Notes: generated by a model from the sequence alone, not told the origin. A DNA stretch of 64,000 nucleotides from an uncultured Rhodobacter sp. (GCA_964496915.1 CAZCAX010000002.1:247553-311552), one strand, 5' to 3'. Shown: positions 10,577-20,471, numbered from the stretch's first letter. Numbers and translations: made by a program.

Positions 10577-11911
10577 ATGGATTTCATGGGCCTTGTCCCC
10601 GATTTCGGGAACCTGTTCTTTACCCTTGGCGCGTTTATTCTGGCGTTGTCGATCATCGTCGCGGTGCATGAATACGGGCATTACATCGTCGGGCGCTGGT
10701 CCGGCATCCATGCCGAGGTTTTCTCCATCGGGTTCGGCCCGGTCCTGTTCAGCAAGGTCGACCGGCACGGCACCCGCTGGCAGGTGGCGGCACTGCCGTT
10801 CGGTGGCTATGTCAAGTTCTTTGGCGATGCGAATGCAGCCTCGGCATCGGACGATGAAGCGATGGCGCAGATGAACGCGGCTGATCGCCGCCGGTCAATG
10901 CACGGTGCGCCCCTCTGGGCGCGGTCGGCCACGGTGGCGGCGGGGCCGGTGTTCAACTTTATTTTCTCGATCGCGGTTTTCGCGGCCTATGTCATGTTCA
11001 ACGGCATCGCCGCCGACACCCCGAGGCTGGGCGCGGTTCATCCGCTGCCCGCCCCGGTGCAAGAGCTGCGCGAAGGCGACCTGATAACCGCTATCGACGG
11101 GCAACCCACGCCAAGTCTTCAGGAATTCTACCGCATTGCCAGCGAGGTTTCCGGCGCACCGGTGGTCGATTACACGGTCGAACGCGGGGGGCAAGTGCTG
11201 GCGCTTGAGGGTCCACATCCGATTCCGGCCCGTGCGGCGGGAATCACCCTTGGCTCGTCGGCGCGCGATGCAGGGATGCAGCCGGGCGATGTCATCCTGT
11301 CGGTCGAAGGTGAGCCGATCTGGGCGTTCGGGCAGCTTCCGGCGATCGTCAATGCCGCCGAGGGACAGGCGCTGCAACTGCGTATCTGGCGCGAAGGCGA
11401 AGAAATCGAGCTGACACTGGTGCCACGCCGGACCGATCTGCCTTTGCCCGATGGCGGGTTTGAAACGCGCTGGCTGATCGGGCTGCAAAGCGGCGCCTTT
11501 TTCGAGCATCCGACCCGCCAACCCTCGGTTGCCGAGATACTACCCTTTGCCGCCGGTGAAACCTGGAGCGTGATCACCCGCAGTCTGTCAGGGCTTTATC
11601 ACATGGTTTCGGGTGCTATCAGCACCTGCAACCTGTCCGGCCCCATCGGGATTGCCACCACGTCAGGGGCGATGGCAGCCGATGGCATCTGGCCCTTCAT
11701 CTGGTTCATCGCCGTACTTTCAACGGCGGTAGGGCTTCTGAACCTGTTTCCAATTCCTATCCTGGATGGCGGGCATCTGGTGTTTCACGCCTGGGAAGCG
11801 GTGACCGGCAAGCCCCCGAGTGAGCGCGCGCTCAACATTCTGATGACCATTGGCCTGATGCTGCTGGCCTCTTTGATGCTGTTTGCGCTGTTCAACGACC
11901 TTTTCTGCTGA
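10577..11911 (+). CDS. rseP: RIP zinc metalloprotease (site-2 protease)
   Basis: HEYGHYIVGR HExxH motif in TM1, internal PDZ-like region, C-terminal NLFPIPILDGGH. Confidence 0.92.
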   Translation: MDFMGLVPDFGNLFFTLGAFILALSIIVAVHEYGHYIVGRWSGIHAEVFSIGFGPVLFSKVDRHGTRWQVAALPFGGYVKFFGDANAASASDDEAMAQMNAADRRRSMHGAPLWARSATVAAGPVFNFIFSIAVFAAYVMFNGIAADTPRLGAVHPLPAPVQELREGDLITAIDGQPTPSLQEFYRIASEVSGAPVVDYTVERGGQVLALEGPHPIPARAAGITLGSSARDAGMQPGDVILSVEGEPIWAFGQLPAIVNAAEGQALQLRIWREGEEIELTLVPRRTDLPLPDGGFETRWLIGLQSGAFFEHPTRQPSVAEILPFAAGETWSVITRSLSGLYHMVSGAISTCNLSGPIGIATTSGAMAADGIWPFIWFIAVLSTAVGLLNLFPIPILDGGHLVFHAWEAVTGKPPSERALNILMTIGLMLLASLMLFALFNDLFC

Positions 11912-12015
11912 CATGGCCTTCGGGCCTTTGTGCACGGCTTTGCCCCGAGGCGGCCATAATCATGCCGCATTGACGGGTGATGAGCGGAAAGCGTCGATAA
12001 ACCGGAGGCTTTGCC

Positions 12016-12189
12016 ATGCATCTTGTCACACCCGCTGCACGCGGACTGCGCACCCTTCTTGAGCTGGGATCAGATCGGTTCTGGTTCGCTGGTGCGGTGA
12101 TCATGGGGCTTTTCGTTGCAAGCTGGGTCGGCAATCTTGCACTGGAGCATCTGATCTTGCCCGTCCATCCCGAGGGTCTGGGCTACTGA
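12016..12189 (+). CDS. Candidate 57-aa single-TM small protein (below the ORF-track cutoff)
   Basis: GGAGG 7 nt before ATG 12016. MHLVTPAARGLRTLLELGSDRFWFAGAVIMGLFVASWVGNLALEHLILPVHPEGLGY. A terminator follows 45 nt downstream. Hand-counted GC3 is 34/56, visibly lower than the GC-rich third positions of neighbouring genes (not counted), so coding status is uncertain. Confidence 0.3.
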   Translation: MHLVTPAARGLRTLLELGSDRFWFAGAVIMGLFVASWVGNLALEHLILPVHPEGLGY

Positions 12190-12234
12190 CCGGCGCCAGG
12201 CGTGGTTTCCCCGTCATTCAAGAACAGTAATCGG

Positions 12235-12257
12235 CCGGGCATTTGCCCGGTCTTCTT
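12235..12257 (+). terminator. Rho-independent terminator
   Basis: CCGGGC-ATTT-GCCCGG followed by TCTTCTT. Confidence 0.5.
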
Positions 12258-12362
12258 GACTCATAGGGCACATTGCAACGATGCACAGGCGCCGCATTCC
12301 GGGCTGCGATATCCCTTCGTATGACCTATTTGCCGCAATGCCGTGGATAACGCACGCACTGC

Positions 12363-12391
12363 TTTGACATTTATCGCCCTTGTCGATACTC
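12363..12391 (+). promoter_or_regulatory. Possible sigma70-type promoter upstream of bamA
   Basis: TTGACA (12363-68), 17-nt spacer, TACTCA (12386-91), in a locally AT-richer stretch. Confidence 0.3.
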
Positions 12392-12428
12392 AGGGAAAAA
12401 CAAACAGCGGTAATAACGGGGCTAAGGA

Positions 12429-14792
12429 ATGCGCGACTTCTGCTTGAGCAACATCGCGCGCAACTTCGCGGGGGCTGCCATGCCACTGCAACGTGTTGTG
12501 GCAATTTTTCTATTAATTACAGCGTTTTCCATCGGGTTGATGGGCGCGGCTGAGGCGCAGACCTATCGCTTCAACGCGGTCAGCGTGCAGGGAAACCAGC
12601 AGATCGATGATGCAACGATCATCGGATTCGCGAGAATCGCCCGCAACCGCAGCATGACCGCAGCCGAGTTGAACGCCGCGTATCAGCGCGTTGCAGGTAC
12701 CGGGTTCTTCCGCTCGGTCGATTTCGTGCCCAGCGGCGCGCAACTGGTGATCCGGGTGCAGGAATATCCGATCATCAACCGCGTGAATTTTGAGGGCAAT
12801 CGCCGTGTCAACAACGATGCGCTTCTTCCGGTGGTTCGATCGCGCTCAGGCGCCGTCTATTCGCCCGCTCAGGCCGAAGCCGATGCCAATGCAATTGCCG
12901 AGGTCTATGCCGCGCAGGGGCGGCTGGCCGCGCGTGTCACGCCGCGACTGATCGAGCGGCCGGGTGGACGCGTCGATCTTGCTTTCGAGATCGCCGAAGG
13001 CAGCATGGTCGAGATCCAGCGCATCAGCTTTGTCGGCAACCGCGATTTTTCGGAGCGTCGCCTGCGGAATGTCGTCGACACTGCTCAGGCAGGTCGGTTG
13101 AGCACACTGTTCCGGGTGGACAATTACAACGAGCAGCGCATCGCACGCGACCGTCAGATCCTGCAGGATTTCTACCTGTCGCGTGGTTATGCCGATGCGC
13201 AGGTGCTGTCGGCGGTGACGGAACTGACCCGTGAACGTGATGGCGCGTATGTCACCTTTACCATCCGCGAAGGCCAGCAATACCGCTTCGGCTCGGCAAC
13301 CGCGCTTTCGGAAATCAGCGGGATCGACGCCGCGCCCTACCAGGCGGCAATCACTCTGCGCGCAGGTGCGCTTTTCTCACCCAATGCCATCGAAAACCAG
13401 ATCCAGCAGCTTGAGCGTGTTGCCTATCAGTCAGGCGAACGTTTTGTGCGCGCCGAGCCGCGACTGACGCGCAACGAGCGACAGGGAACCATCGACGTGG
13501 TTTTCGCGCTGGTGCGTGCCGACCGCGTGTTCATTGAGCGCATCGACATTCAGGGCAATACCACCACGCAGGACAACGTGATCCGGCGTCAGTTCCACGT
13601 TGCCGAGGGCGATCCGTTCAACCCGCGTGAAATTCGCGAGGCGGCGGCGCGTATCCGTGAGCTTGGTTATTTCTCGGATGTGCAGGTTACTCCGCAACCC
13701 GGCGCAGCCGCCGACCAGGCAGTGGTCGATGTGCAGGTCGAGGAAACGACGACCGGCTCGCTGGGCTTTGGCGTCAGCTATGGTGCACGAGACGGGATTG
13801 GCGGCAACCTGACCTATAACGAGGCCAATTTCATGGGCCGCGGCCAGACCGTCACGGCCTCGCTCTCGACCTTGCGCTCGGCCCGCAGCCTTGATTTCTC
13901 GATCACCGAGCCTGCTTTGTTCGACCGCGATCTGGCGCTGGGCCTGCGCATGGGGCTCAGCTCTACCACGGCGACCGACGCTGCCAATTTCTCGACCAGG
14001 GTATTGCAGGTTTCGCCCTCGCTGTCTTTCCCGGTCAGCGACAACGGGCGGCTGTCGGTTCGCACCACGTTGATGCGCGATTCGGTCAATGTTGCTGATG
14101 TACCGACCCCGCCAGAACCCGATCCGATTTCGCCGCGACTGCGTCGTGAAGCCGGGTTGGGCCGCGTGATCACGACATCGGTTGGCTACACTTACACGAT
14201 CGACACGCGCTATCGTGGAAACACGCCGGACAGTGGCTTCATCTTCCGCTTCGGCCAGGATGCGGCAGGGCTGGCTGGCGACCGTCGCTGGCTGCGCTCC
14301 ACGGCGTTGATTGGCTATGAGCAGCGGATCATGAACGGCGATGTCACGCTGCGCGCCGAGGCCGAAGCCGGGGCCATGACGCACCGTTCGGGCTTCAGCC
14401 GGATCAGCGAGCGTTTCAGCCTGTCAAATGAGCAGATGCGCGGCTTCCGCCCCTTTGGGATCGGCCCGCGTGACGGGGCAACCGATGACGGTCTGGGCGG
14501 CAACTACTTTGCCGTGGCCCGGTTCGAGGCGCAGTTCCCGCTGGGTCTGCCGCAGGAATATGGCATCACGGGCGGTGCTTTCGTCGATGTCGGCACGCTT
14601 TGGGGGATCGACGGTCTCGCCGCAGGGGAAACGGTCGTCGGCGCCGGGCGTAATCTGCGGGCAACCGCTGGTGTGGCCCTGTTCTGGGATTCGCCCATCG
14701 GTCCGCTGCGGTTCAACTTCACCACACCGCTGCGCCGCGAGGCCTATGACCGGGTGCAGTATTTCGACTTCACGATCGCAGCGCGATTCTGA
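12429..14792 (+). CDS. bamA: Outer membrane protein assembly factor BamA
   Basis: Signal peptide, POTRA repeats (FEGN..., ISFVGN..., IDIQGN...), C-terminal beta-barrel ending ...FDFTIAARF. The start could instead be Met at 12480. Confidence 0.95.
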   Translation: MRDFCLSNIARNFAGAAMPLQRVVAIFLLITAFSIGLMGAAEAQTYRFNAVSVQGNQQIDDATIIGFARIARNRSMTAAELNAAYQRVAGTGFFRSVDFVPSGAQLVIRVQEYPIINRVNFEGNRRVNNDALLPVVRSRSGAVYSPAQAEADANAIAEVYAAQGRLAARVTPRLIERPGGRVDLAFEIAEGSMVEIQRISFVGNRDFSERRLRNVVDTAQAGRLSTLFRVDNYNEQRIARDRQILQDFYLSRGYADAQVLSAVTELTRERDGAYVTFTIREGQQYRFGSATALSEISGIDAAPYQAAITLRAGALFSPNAIENQIQQLERVAYQSGERFVRAEPRLTRNERQGTIDVVFALVRADRVFIERIDIQGNTTTQDNVIRRQFHVAEGDPFNPREIREAAARIRELGYFSDVQVTPQPGAAADQAVVDVQVEETTTGSLGFGVSYGARDGIGGNLTYNEANFMGRGQTVTASLSTLRSARSLDFSITEPALFDRDLALGLRMGLSSTTATDAANFSTRVLQVSPSLSFPVSDNGRLSVRTTLMRDSVNVADVPTPPEPDPISPRLRREAGLGRVITTSVGYTYTIDTRYRGNTPDSGFIFRFGQDAAGLAGDRRWLRSTALIGYEQRIMNGDVTLRAEAEAGAMTHRSGFSRISERFSLSNEQMRGFRPFGIGPRDGATDDGLGGNYFAVARFEAQFPLGLPQEYGITGGAFVDVGTLWGIDGLAAGETVVGAGRNLRATAGVALFWDSPIGPLRFNFTTPLRREAYDRVQYFDFTIAARF

Positions 14793-15319
14793 TGCGTCGA
14801 AAACTCTGTGCGATGCTTTTGGCGGGGGCCCTTGGTCTGGCCCCCGTCGCTTCGTTCAGCCAGCAGTCCTCTTTTCGTATCCTTGACGAAGACCGGCTGT
14901 TTCGGGAATCTCGACTGGGACAGCAGATTCTGGCCGATATCCGCGCGGCAGAGCAGGTGCTGGAAGAAGAAAATCAGCGCATATCCGACCAACTCGCCGA
15001 TGAGGAGCGCGCGCTGACCGAGGCGCGCAGCCGGCTTAGCCCCGAAGAGTTTCGCGCCCAGGCCGATGCGTTCGATCTGCGGGTCGAGGCGATCCGCGCC
15101 GAGCGCAACCAGCGCAGCGTTGAACTGGCGCAGTTCTCCGAGGCCGAGGCGCAGCGCTTTTTCAATACGGTTTTGCCGGTTCTGGCCGGAATGATGAACG
15201 AAGAGGGGATGGTGGCGCTGCTCAAGCCGGATACACTGATCCTGGGCGCTGACTGGCTGGACGTGACCGACGACGCGATCCGGCGTCTGGACGCCGAGTT
15301 CGTTCCTGCTGATCCGTAA
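14792..15319 (+). CDS. OmpH/Skp-family periplasmic chaperone
   Basis: Signal peptide plus coiled-coil Q/E/R-rich body. ATGA overlap with bamA and canonical position after bamA. Confidence 0.85.
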   Translation: MRRKLCAMLLAGALGLAPVASFSQQSSFRILDEDRLFRESRLGQQILADIRAAEQVLEEENQRISDQLADEERALTEARSRLSPEEFRAQADAFDLRVEAIRAERNQRSVELAQFSEAEAQRFFNTVLPVLAGMMNEEGMVALLKPDTLILGADWLDVTDDAIRRLDAEFVPADP

Positions 15320-15464
15320 CGCCCTCAATGCCTTGTCCTACCCGGGGGGGGCGAGGGCGTGGCGGTGAGCCTGCGCCTTGCCGTTGACGGGCAGAGTTGC
15401 TAGGGATCACGGCCAACGGATATCCGGCGCCATGGCCGGGAATGCGTCAGACAGGAGTTTCGAT

Positions 15465-15956
15465 ATGCACGATTCCGCCACCGCACCGGAAAGCGACGCC
15501 GCGCAGGTCACCTCAGCCGACCTGGCATTGATCCAGCGCTGCATTCCACATCGTTATCCGTTCCTGCTGATTGACAAGGTGCGCGACATCCATCTGCACA
15601 GATCGGCGATCGGTGTGAAAAACGTTTCCTTCAACGAGCCGCATTTTCAGGGTCACTTTCCCAATGCGCCGATCATGCCAGGGGTGATGATCATCGAGGC
15701 CATGGCGCAGACCTCGTCGGTTCTGGTCAGCCTGTCGCTGGACCTGGTGGACCGTAATCCCCTGGTCTATTTCATGGGAATCGACAAGGCGCGCTTCCGG
15801 CGCAAGGTCGTGCCGGGCGATGTGCTGGAACTGACGGTGACAGCGTTGCGCGGCTCAAGCCGGGTGTGGAAGTTCGAGGGTGTGGCGCGGGTTGACGGCG
15901 AGATCGCCGCAGAGGCCGAGTTCATGGCCATGATTGACGTGTCCGGCCGGGGCTGA
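15465..15956 (+). CDS. fabZ: 3-hydroxyacyl-ACP dehydratase
   Basis: [39 protein letters not shown]. Start at ATG 15465, which follows GGAG. Confidence 0.92.
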   Translation: MHDSATAPESDAAQVTSADLALIQRCIPHRYPFLLIDKVRDIHLHRSAIGVKNVSFNEPHFQGHFPNAPIMPGVMIIEAMAQTSSVLVSLSLDLVDRNPLVYFMGIDKARFRRKVVPGDVLELTVTALRGSSRVWKFEGVARVDGEIAAEAEFMAMIDVSGRG

Positions 15957-15958
15957 GC

Positions 15959-16756
15959 ATGTCCATAGACCCCACGGCGCAACTGCACCCGACCGCTATT
16001 GTCGAGGCGGGGGCGGTTATCGGCCCTGAGTGCCGGATCGGCCCCTATGCCTGTATCGGTCCCGATGTGGTTCTGGGTGCGGGCGTCGTTGTGAAGGCAC
16101 ATGCTGTGGTCACCGGCTGGACAGAGATTGGCGCAGAGAGCGTGATCTTCTCTTTCGCCTGTGTCGGTGAAATCCCCCAGGATCTGAAGTTTGCGGGTGA
16201 GCGCTCGCGGCTTGTTGTCGGTGCCCGCTGTCGCATCCGCGAGGGTGCGACACTCAACACCGGCACCGAGGGGGGCGGCGGCATTACCCGGGTGGGTGAT
16301 GATTGTCTGTTCATGACCGGCGCCCATGTCGGCCATGACGCGCAGGTCGGCAGCCGGGTGATCATGGCCAATCAATCGGCGGTTGCCGGACATTGCGTTA
16401 TCGGTGATGACGTGATCATCGGCGGGCTGTCAGGCGTGCATCAGTTCGTGCGCATCGGGCGCGGGGCGATCATCGGCGCGGTGACGATGGTTACCAATGA
16501 TGTGATGCCGCATGGGTTGGTGCAGGCTCCGCGCGGCGATCTTGAGGGGCTGAATCTGGTTGGGCTGAAGCGGCGGGGGGTCGAACGTTCCGAGATCACT
16601 GCCCTGCGCGCGGCCTATCAGATGCTCGCCCAGGGTGAGGGCACCTTTCTGGACCGCGCCCGCCGTCTTGCCGAAGAATCCGACAGTCGCCATGTGCATG
16701 AGATCACCGATTTCATTCTTGCGGCGTCTGACCGCTCGTTTCTGGTGCCGAAATGA
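15959..16756 (+). CDS. lpxA: Acyl-ACP--UDP-N-acetylglucosamine O-acyltransferase
   Basis: Left-handed beta-helix hexapeptide repeats, then the helical C-terminal domain (LNLVGLKRRG). Confidence 0.95.
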   Translation: MSIDPTAQLHPTAIVEAGAVIGPECRIGPYACIGPDVVLGAGVVVKAHAVVTGWTEIGAESVIFSFACVGEIPQDLKFAGERSRLVVGARCRIREGATLNTGTEGGGGITRVGDDCLFMTGAHVGHDAQVGSRVIMANQSAVAGHCVIGDDVIIGGLSGVHQFVRIGRGAIIGAVTMVTNDVMPHGLVQAPRGDLEGLNLVGLKRRGVERSEITALRAAYQMLAQGEGTFLDRARRLAEESDSRHVHEITDFILAASDRSFLVPK

Positions 16757-17568
16757 GCCGGATCGCGATCATCGCGGGGGCAGGCCGTCTGCCTGCCGAA
16801 CTGGCGACCGTCCTGACGGCGGAATCGGGGAATGCCCCGATGATCTGCGCACCCGAGGGCGTGACACCCGAAGGGCTGAGCGTTGACCTGGCATTCCGCG
16901 TCGAACGGCTCGCACCCTTCATGCGGCATCTGCTGGATACCGGAGTGGACGTTGTTTCGTTTGCCGGGCCGGTTCACCGGATGACATTGGACCCCGCGCT
17001 GTTCGATCCCGAAACCGCCACGTTCGTGCCGCGGCTTCTGGGGGCGATGCAGGGCGGCGATGATGCCACGCTGCGCATGGTGATGGACCTGTTCGAGGAA
17101 TACGGGCTGCAGGTTCAGGGGCTGGGCAGTCTGGCGCCGCAGCTTCTGGCGGGCGAGGGGGTGCTGGGCACCCGCAGGCCCGATGCCGCCGAGCACAGTG
17201 ATGCCGACCGCGGGATAGCGATCTTGCAGGCGCTGTCGCCGGTCGATGTCGGGCAGGGATGCGTTGTGGCCGGGAAACTGTGTCTTGCGATCGAGGCGCT
17301 ATACGGCACCGATGCGATGCTGGCACAGGTCGCCACCTGCCGCGACATCCGCAAACCGCGCGAGGGCGGTGTTTTCATCAAACGCGCCAAGGCCGGGCAG
17401 GATCTGCGTGTCGATCTGCCGGCCATCGGCCCGGCCACGATCGAGGCGGCAAGGGCAGCCCGGTTGACCGGGATCTGCCTGCAGGCCGGGCATGTGGTGA
17501 TCCTCGACAGGGCCAGAACGCTGGCCGATGCCGATGCCGCAGGCATCGCGCTCTGGGCGGTGCCGTGA
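16753..17568 (+). CDS. lpxI: UDP-2,3-diacylglucosamine diphosphatase LpxI (DUF1009)
   Basis: SPVDVGQGCVVAGKLCLAIEALYGTDAMLAQ, KRAKAGQDLRVDLPAIG. Lies between lpxA and lpxB, as is usual in alphaproteobacteria. Confidence 0.85.
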   Translation: MSRIAIIAGAGRLPAELATVLTAESGNAPMICAPEGVTPEGLSVDLAFRVERLAPFMRHLLDTGVDVVSFAGPVHRMTLDPALFDPETATFVPRLLGAMQGGDDATLRMVMDLFEEYGLQVQGLGSLAPQLLAGEGVLGTRRPDAAEHSDADRGIAILQALSPVDVGQGCVVAGKLCLAIEALYGTDAMLAQVATCRDIRKPREGGVFIKRAKAGQDLRVDLPAIGPATIEAARAARLTGICLQAGHVVILDRARTLADADAAGIALWAVP

Positions 17569-18770
17569 AGGCCTTTGTGATCGCCGGGGAACCCTCTGGC
17601 GACAATCTGGGCGCGGCGCTGATGGAAGGGTTGCAAAGCCTGCAGCCCGATATCCGTTTCATCGGCATCGGCGGTCCGGCGATGCAGGCTCGCGGCCTGA
17701 ACAGCCGTTTTCCGATGGCGGAGCTGTCGGTCATGGGGCTGGCCGAGGTCTTGCCGAAATATGCCCATCTGAAGCGCCGTATCCGTGAAACCGCGGCGGC
17801 GATCACCGCCGAGGCCCCTGATGTCGTGATCACCATCGATAGCCCTGATTTCTGCCTGCGGGTGCTGGGGCTGGCACGCGCCGCCAATCCCGGCCTGCGG
17901 ACGGTGCATTACGTCGCGCCCTCGGTCTGGGCCTGGCGGCCGGGGCGTGCAGTGAAAATGGCCCGCGTGGTCGATCATGTGCTGGCGCTTCTGCCCTTCG
18001 AGCCGCCCTATATGCAGGCCGCCGGGATGAGTTGCGATTTCGTGGGCCATCCGGTGGCGACCGAGCCTGTCGCCACTGTCGAGGATGTCCGCGCTTTTCG
18101 GGCCGCGTATGCCATCCTGCCTGACGCCCCGCTGATCCTGGCGCTGCCCGGCTCGCGGCGCGGCGAGGTTGAACGCCTGGCACCGCGATTCGGCGCTGCG
18201 CTGCACAGGGTTCTGGCGAAGCGACCGCAAGCCAGGGTCGTCGTGCCCAGTGTCGCTTCCCAGGCTGAGCGCCTGCGCGCGCTGATTGCTGACTGGCCCG
18301 GCGCGCCAATCCTTCTGGATGCCGCCAGTACCGACCCTGCCGAAAAACGCGCAGCCTTTGGTGCCGCAAATGTGGCGCTGGCGGCTTCGGGCACAGTGTC
18401 ACTGGAACTGGCCGCCGCGCGCCTGCCGATGGTGATTGCCTATGATTTCAACCCGCTCACCCGGCTGTTGGTGAAGTGGCTGGTCCGGCTCGATACGGCA
18501 ACAATGGTCAATCTGGTTTCCGAAAGCCGCGCCATCCCGGAATGCCTGCTGGAGGCCTGCACGCCTGGTTGCATCGCTTCCAAGCTTGCCCGGCTTTTGG
18601 ACGATCCGCAGGCGCGTGCCGATCAGTTCGCGGCAATGGACCTGACGATGGAGCGACTTGGCCGGGGGAAGGAGGCGCCGGGCTTGCGTGCTGCCCGCTC
18701 GGTGCTTGAATGGCTGGGAAAAGCGGCGCCCGGGCCCCTTCATCTTGCCGGAAATACGCCGCGGGGGTGA
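17565..18770 (+). CDS. lpxB: Lipid-A-disaccharide synthase
   Basis: VKAFVIAGEPSGDNLGAALM..., YVAPSVWAWRPGR, ASGTVSLELA. GTG 17565 overlaps the lpxI stop. The last ~9 codons and the stop lie inside repeat copy B. Confidence 0.9.
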   Translation: MKAFVIAGEPSGDNLGAALMEGLQSLQPDIRFIGIGGPAMQARGLNSRFPMAELSVMGLAEVLPKYAHLKRRIRETAAAITAEAPDVVITIDSPDFCLRVLGLARAANPGLRTVHYVAPSVWAWRPGRAVKMARVVDHVLALLPFEPPYMQAAGMSCDFVGHPVATEPVATVEDVRAFRAAYAILPDAPLILALPGSRRGEVERLAPRFGAALHRVLAKRPQARVVVPSVASQAERLRALIADWPGAPILLDAASTDPAEKRAAFGAANVALAASGTVSLELAAARLPMVIAYDFNPLTRLLVKWLVRLDTATMVNLVSESRAIPECLLEACTPGCIASKLARLLDDPQARADQFAAMDLTMERLGRGKEAPGLRAARSVLEWLGKAAPGPLHLAGNTPRG

Positions 18771-18806
18771 ATTTGGCGCAGCCAAAGAGGGGGCAGGCAG
18801 CCCCCT
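18741..18806. repeat. Intergenic repeat family, copy B (inverted, diverged, with GGGGGC-AGGCA-GCCCCC hairpin)
   Basis: The reverse complement reads ...GCCAAATTCACCCCCGCGGCGTATTTCCGGCAAG, matching the ATTCACCCCC..GG..TATTT.C.G.CA core of the other copies. Lies between convergent lpxB and mnmA. Confidence 0.6.
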
Positions 18807-18823
18807 GCACCCGCGCCAAAGTC

Positions 18824-19963
18824 TCAGTAGCCGCGCCAGATCCAGCCGCCGCCAAAGACCCGCGTGCCGTCGGGCGCGTAGAAGACGCAGGCCTGGCCGG
18901 GGCTGACCCCTTCTTCCGCGCTCAGTAATTCGACTTCGGCGCTTTTCGGGCCGGTGGGGCGCAGAATGGCTTCGGCCGGAAGACGGGTAGAGCGGATACG
19001 CACTGCCAGCGACCATTCTTCGCGGCTGTCGAAGGGCGCATCGCCCAGCCAGTTGATCTCGCGCACCGGCACGATCTTCGTTGACAATGCCTCTTTCGGA
19101 CCGACAACAACATGGCGCTTTTCCGGGTCCAGCCGCACCACGAAAAGCGGGTCCGCCAGCCCGCCGATGCCCAGCCCGCGCCGCTGGCCGATCGTGTAAT
19201 GGATCACCCCGCGATGCGTGCCCAGCACGTTGCCGTCCAAATCGACAATATCGCCCGGATCGGCCGCGCCGGGGCGCAGTTTTTCGATCACGGCGGCATA
19301 ATTACCGTTCGGCACGAAACAGATGTCCTGGCTGTCGGGCTTGTCGGCCACCGCCAGCCCGTGTCTTGCAGCCAGTTCCCGCGTTTCCGCTTTCGAGGCC
19401 AGGTGCCCCAGCGGGAAGCGCAGGTATTCCAGCTGCTCAGGCGTTGTCGAGAACAGGAAATATGACTGGTCGCGCATCGGGTCGGCGGCCATATGCAGCT
19501 CCGGTCCGTGATCACCCATCTTGCGCTGGATATAATGCCCGGTTGCCATGCAATCGGCCTCCAGATCGCGCGCGGTTTCCAGCAGGTCGCGGAATTTCAC
19601 CCTTTCGTTGCAACGGATGCAGGGCACGGGCGTGGCGCCGGCCAGATAGGCATCGGCAAACTCGTCGATCACCGCCTCGCGGAAGGTGTTCTCGTAGTCC
19701 AGCACGTAATGGGGAAAACCCAGTGCCTCGGCCACGCGGCGAGCGTCGTGGATGTCGCGTCCGGCGCAGCATGCGCCTTTCTTCGCCAGCGCCGCGCCAT
19801 GGTCATAAAGCTGCAGCGTGACGCCGATCACGTCATAGCCCTGGCTGGCCAGTTCCGCCGCCACGACAGATGAATCCACGCCACCCGACATGGCGACAAC
19901 CACGCGGGTTTGCGAGGGCGGCTTGGCAAAGCCGAGGGAATTCACGCCGATATCGCGTGCCAT
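18824..19963 (-). CDS. mnmA: tRNA 2-thiouridine(34) synthase
   Basis: [17 protein letters not shown]-loop, CIRCN, DQSYFLF. Start at ATG 19963, which follows GGAG. Confidence 0.92.
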   Translation of the reverse strand: MARDIGVNSLGFAKPPSQTRVVVAMSGGVDSSVVAAELASQGYDVIGVTLQLYDHGAALAKKGACCAGRDIHDARRVAEALGFPHYVLDYENTFREAVIDEFADAYLAGATPVPCIRCNERVKFRDLLETARDLEADCMATGHYIQRKMGDHGPELHMAADPMRDQSYFLFSTTPEQLEYLRFPLGHLASKAETRELAARHGLAVADKPDSQDICFVPNGNYAAVIEKLRPGAADPGDIVDLDGNVLGTHRGVIHYTIGQRRGLGIGGLADPLFVVRLDPEKRHVVVGPKEALSTKIVPVREINWLGDAPFDSREEWSLAVRIRSTRLPAEAILRPTGPKSAEVELLSAEEGVSPGQACVFYAPDGTRVFGGGWIWRGY

Positions 19964-20134
19964 GGGGGCTCCGGGGTTCGGGGGCGGGTTCTCGGTTGGG
20001 TCAGACGATATAAATTGCAACGAAATATAGGAAAAAGCGCCGCACTCTCAACCCCTGAAGCCCACCAACTTCAACCGCTCGTTAAGCTGCAATTGCGAGT
20101 CTTGCAACCGGGATGAAGAAAAGGGTGAAAGACC

Positions 20135-20413
20135 ATGTTCTTGAAGAAGATCGACGGCCCGCGCGCCGTGACACTACCTGACGGATCGATTCTCAGCCGT
20201 GCCGACCTGCCGCCGGTCAGTATTCGACGTTGGGTCGCAAGCAGAAAAGCTGTTGTTGTGCAGGCGGTTGAACATGGCCTCATAGCGCGGGGTGATGTTC
20301 TTGAGCGCTATGATCTGACCGAGGAAGAATTTGATTCGTGGTGCCGGGCGGTTCAGATGCATGGGGTTCAGGCGCTCAAGGTCACGGCCTTGCAAAAGTT
20401 TCGACATGTTTAG
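20135..20413 (+). CDS. sciP: SciP-type small CtrA-inhibitory HTH protein (DUF1153)
   Basis: 92 aa. PDGSILSRADLPPVSIRRWVASRKAVVVQAV..GL......LERYDLTEEEFDSW matches my recollection of Caulobacter SciP. Sits directly upstream of ctrA, the arrangement I recall for Rhodobacter capsulatus. Confidence 0.85.
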   Translation: MFLKKIDGPRAVTLPDGSILSRADLPPVSIRRWVASRKAVVVQAVEHGLIARGDVLERYDLTEEEFDSWCRAVQMHGVQALKVTALQKFRHV

Positions 20414-20455
20414 TTATCGACAAAATCAACAGATATATGGTTTGCTTGGAAGAAA

Positions 20456-20471
20456 GTAACCGGCCGTTAAC
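20456..20471 (+). promoter_or_regulatory. Near-consensus CtrA box in the ctrA promoter region
   Basis: GTAA-CCGGCCG-TTAAC versus consensus TTAA-N7-TTAAC (one mismatch), 52 nt before the ctrA ATG in an AT-richer intergenic region. Confidence 0.4.
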
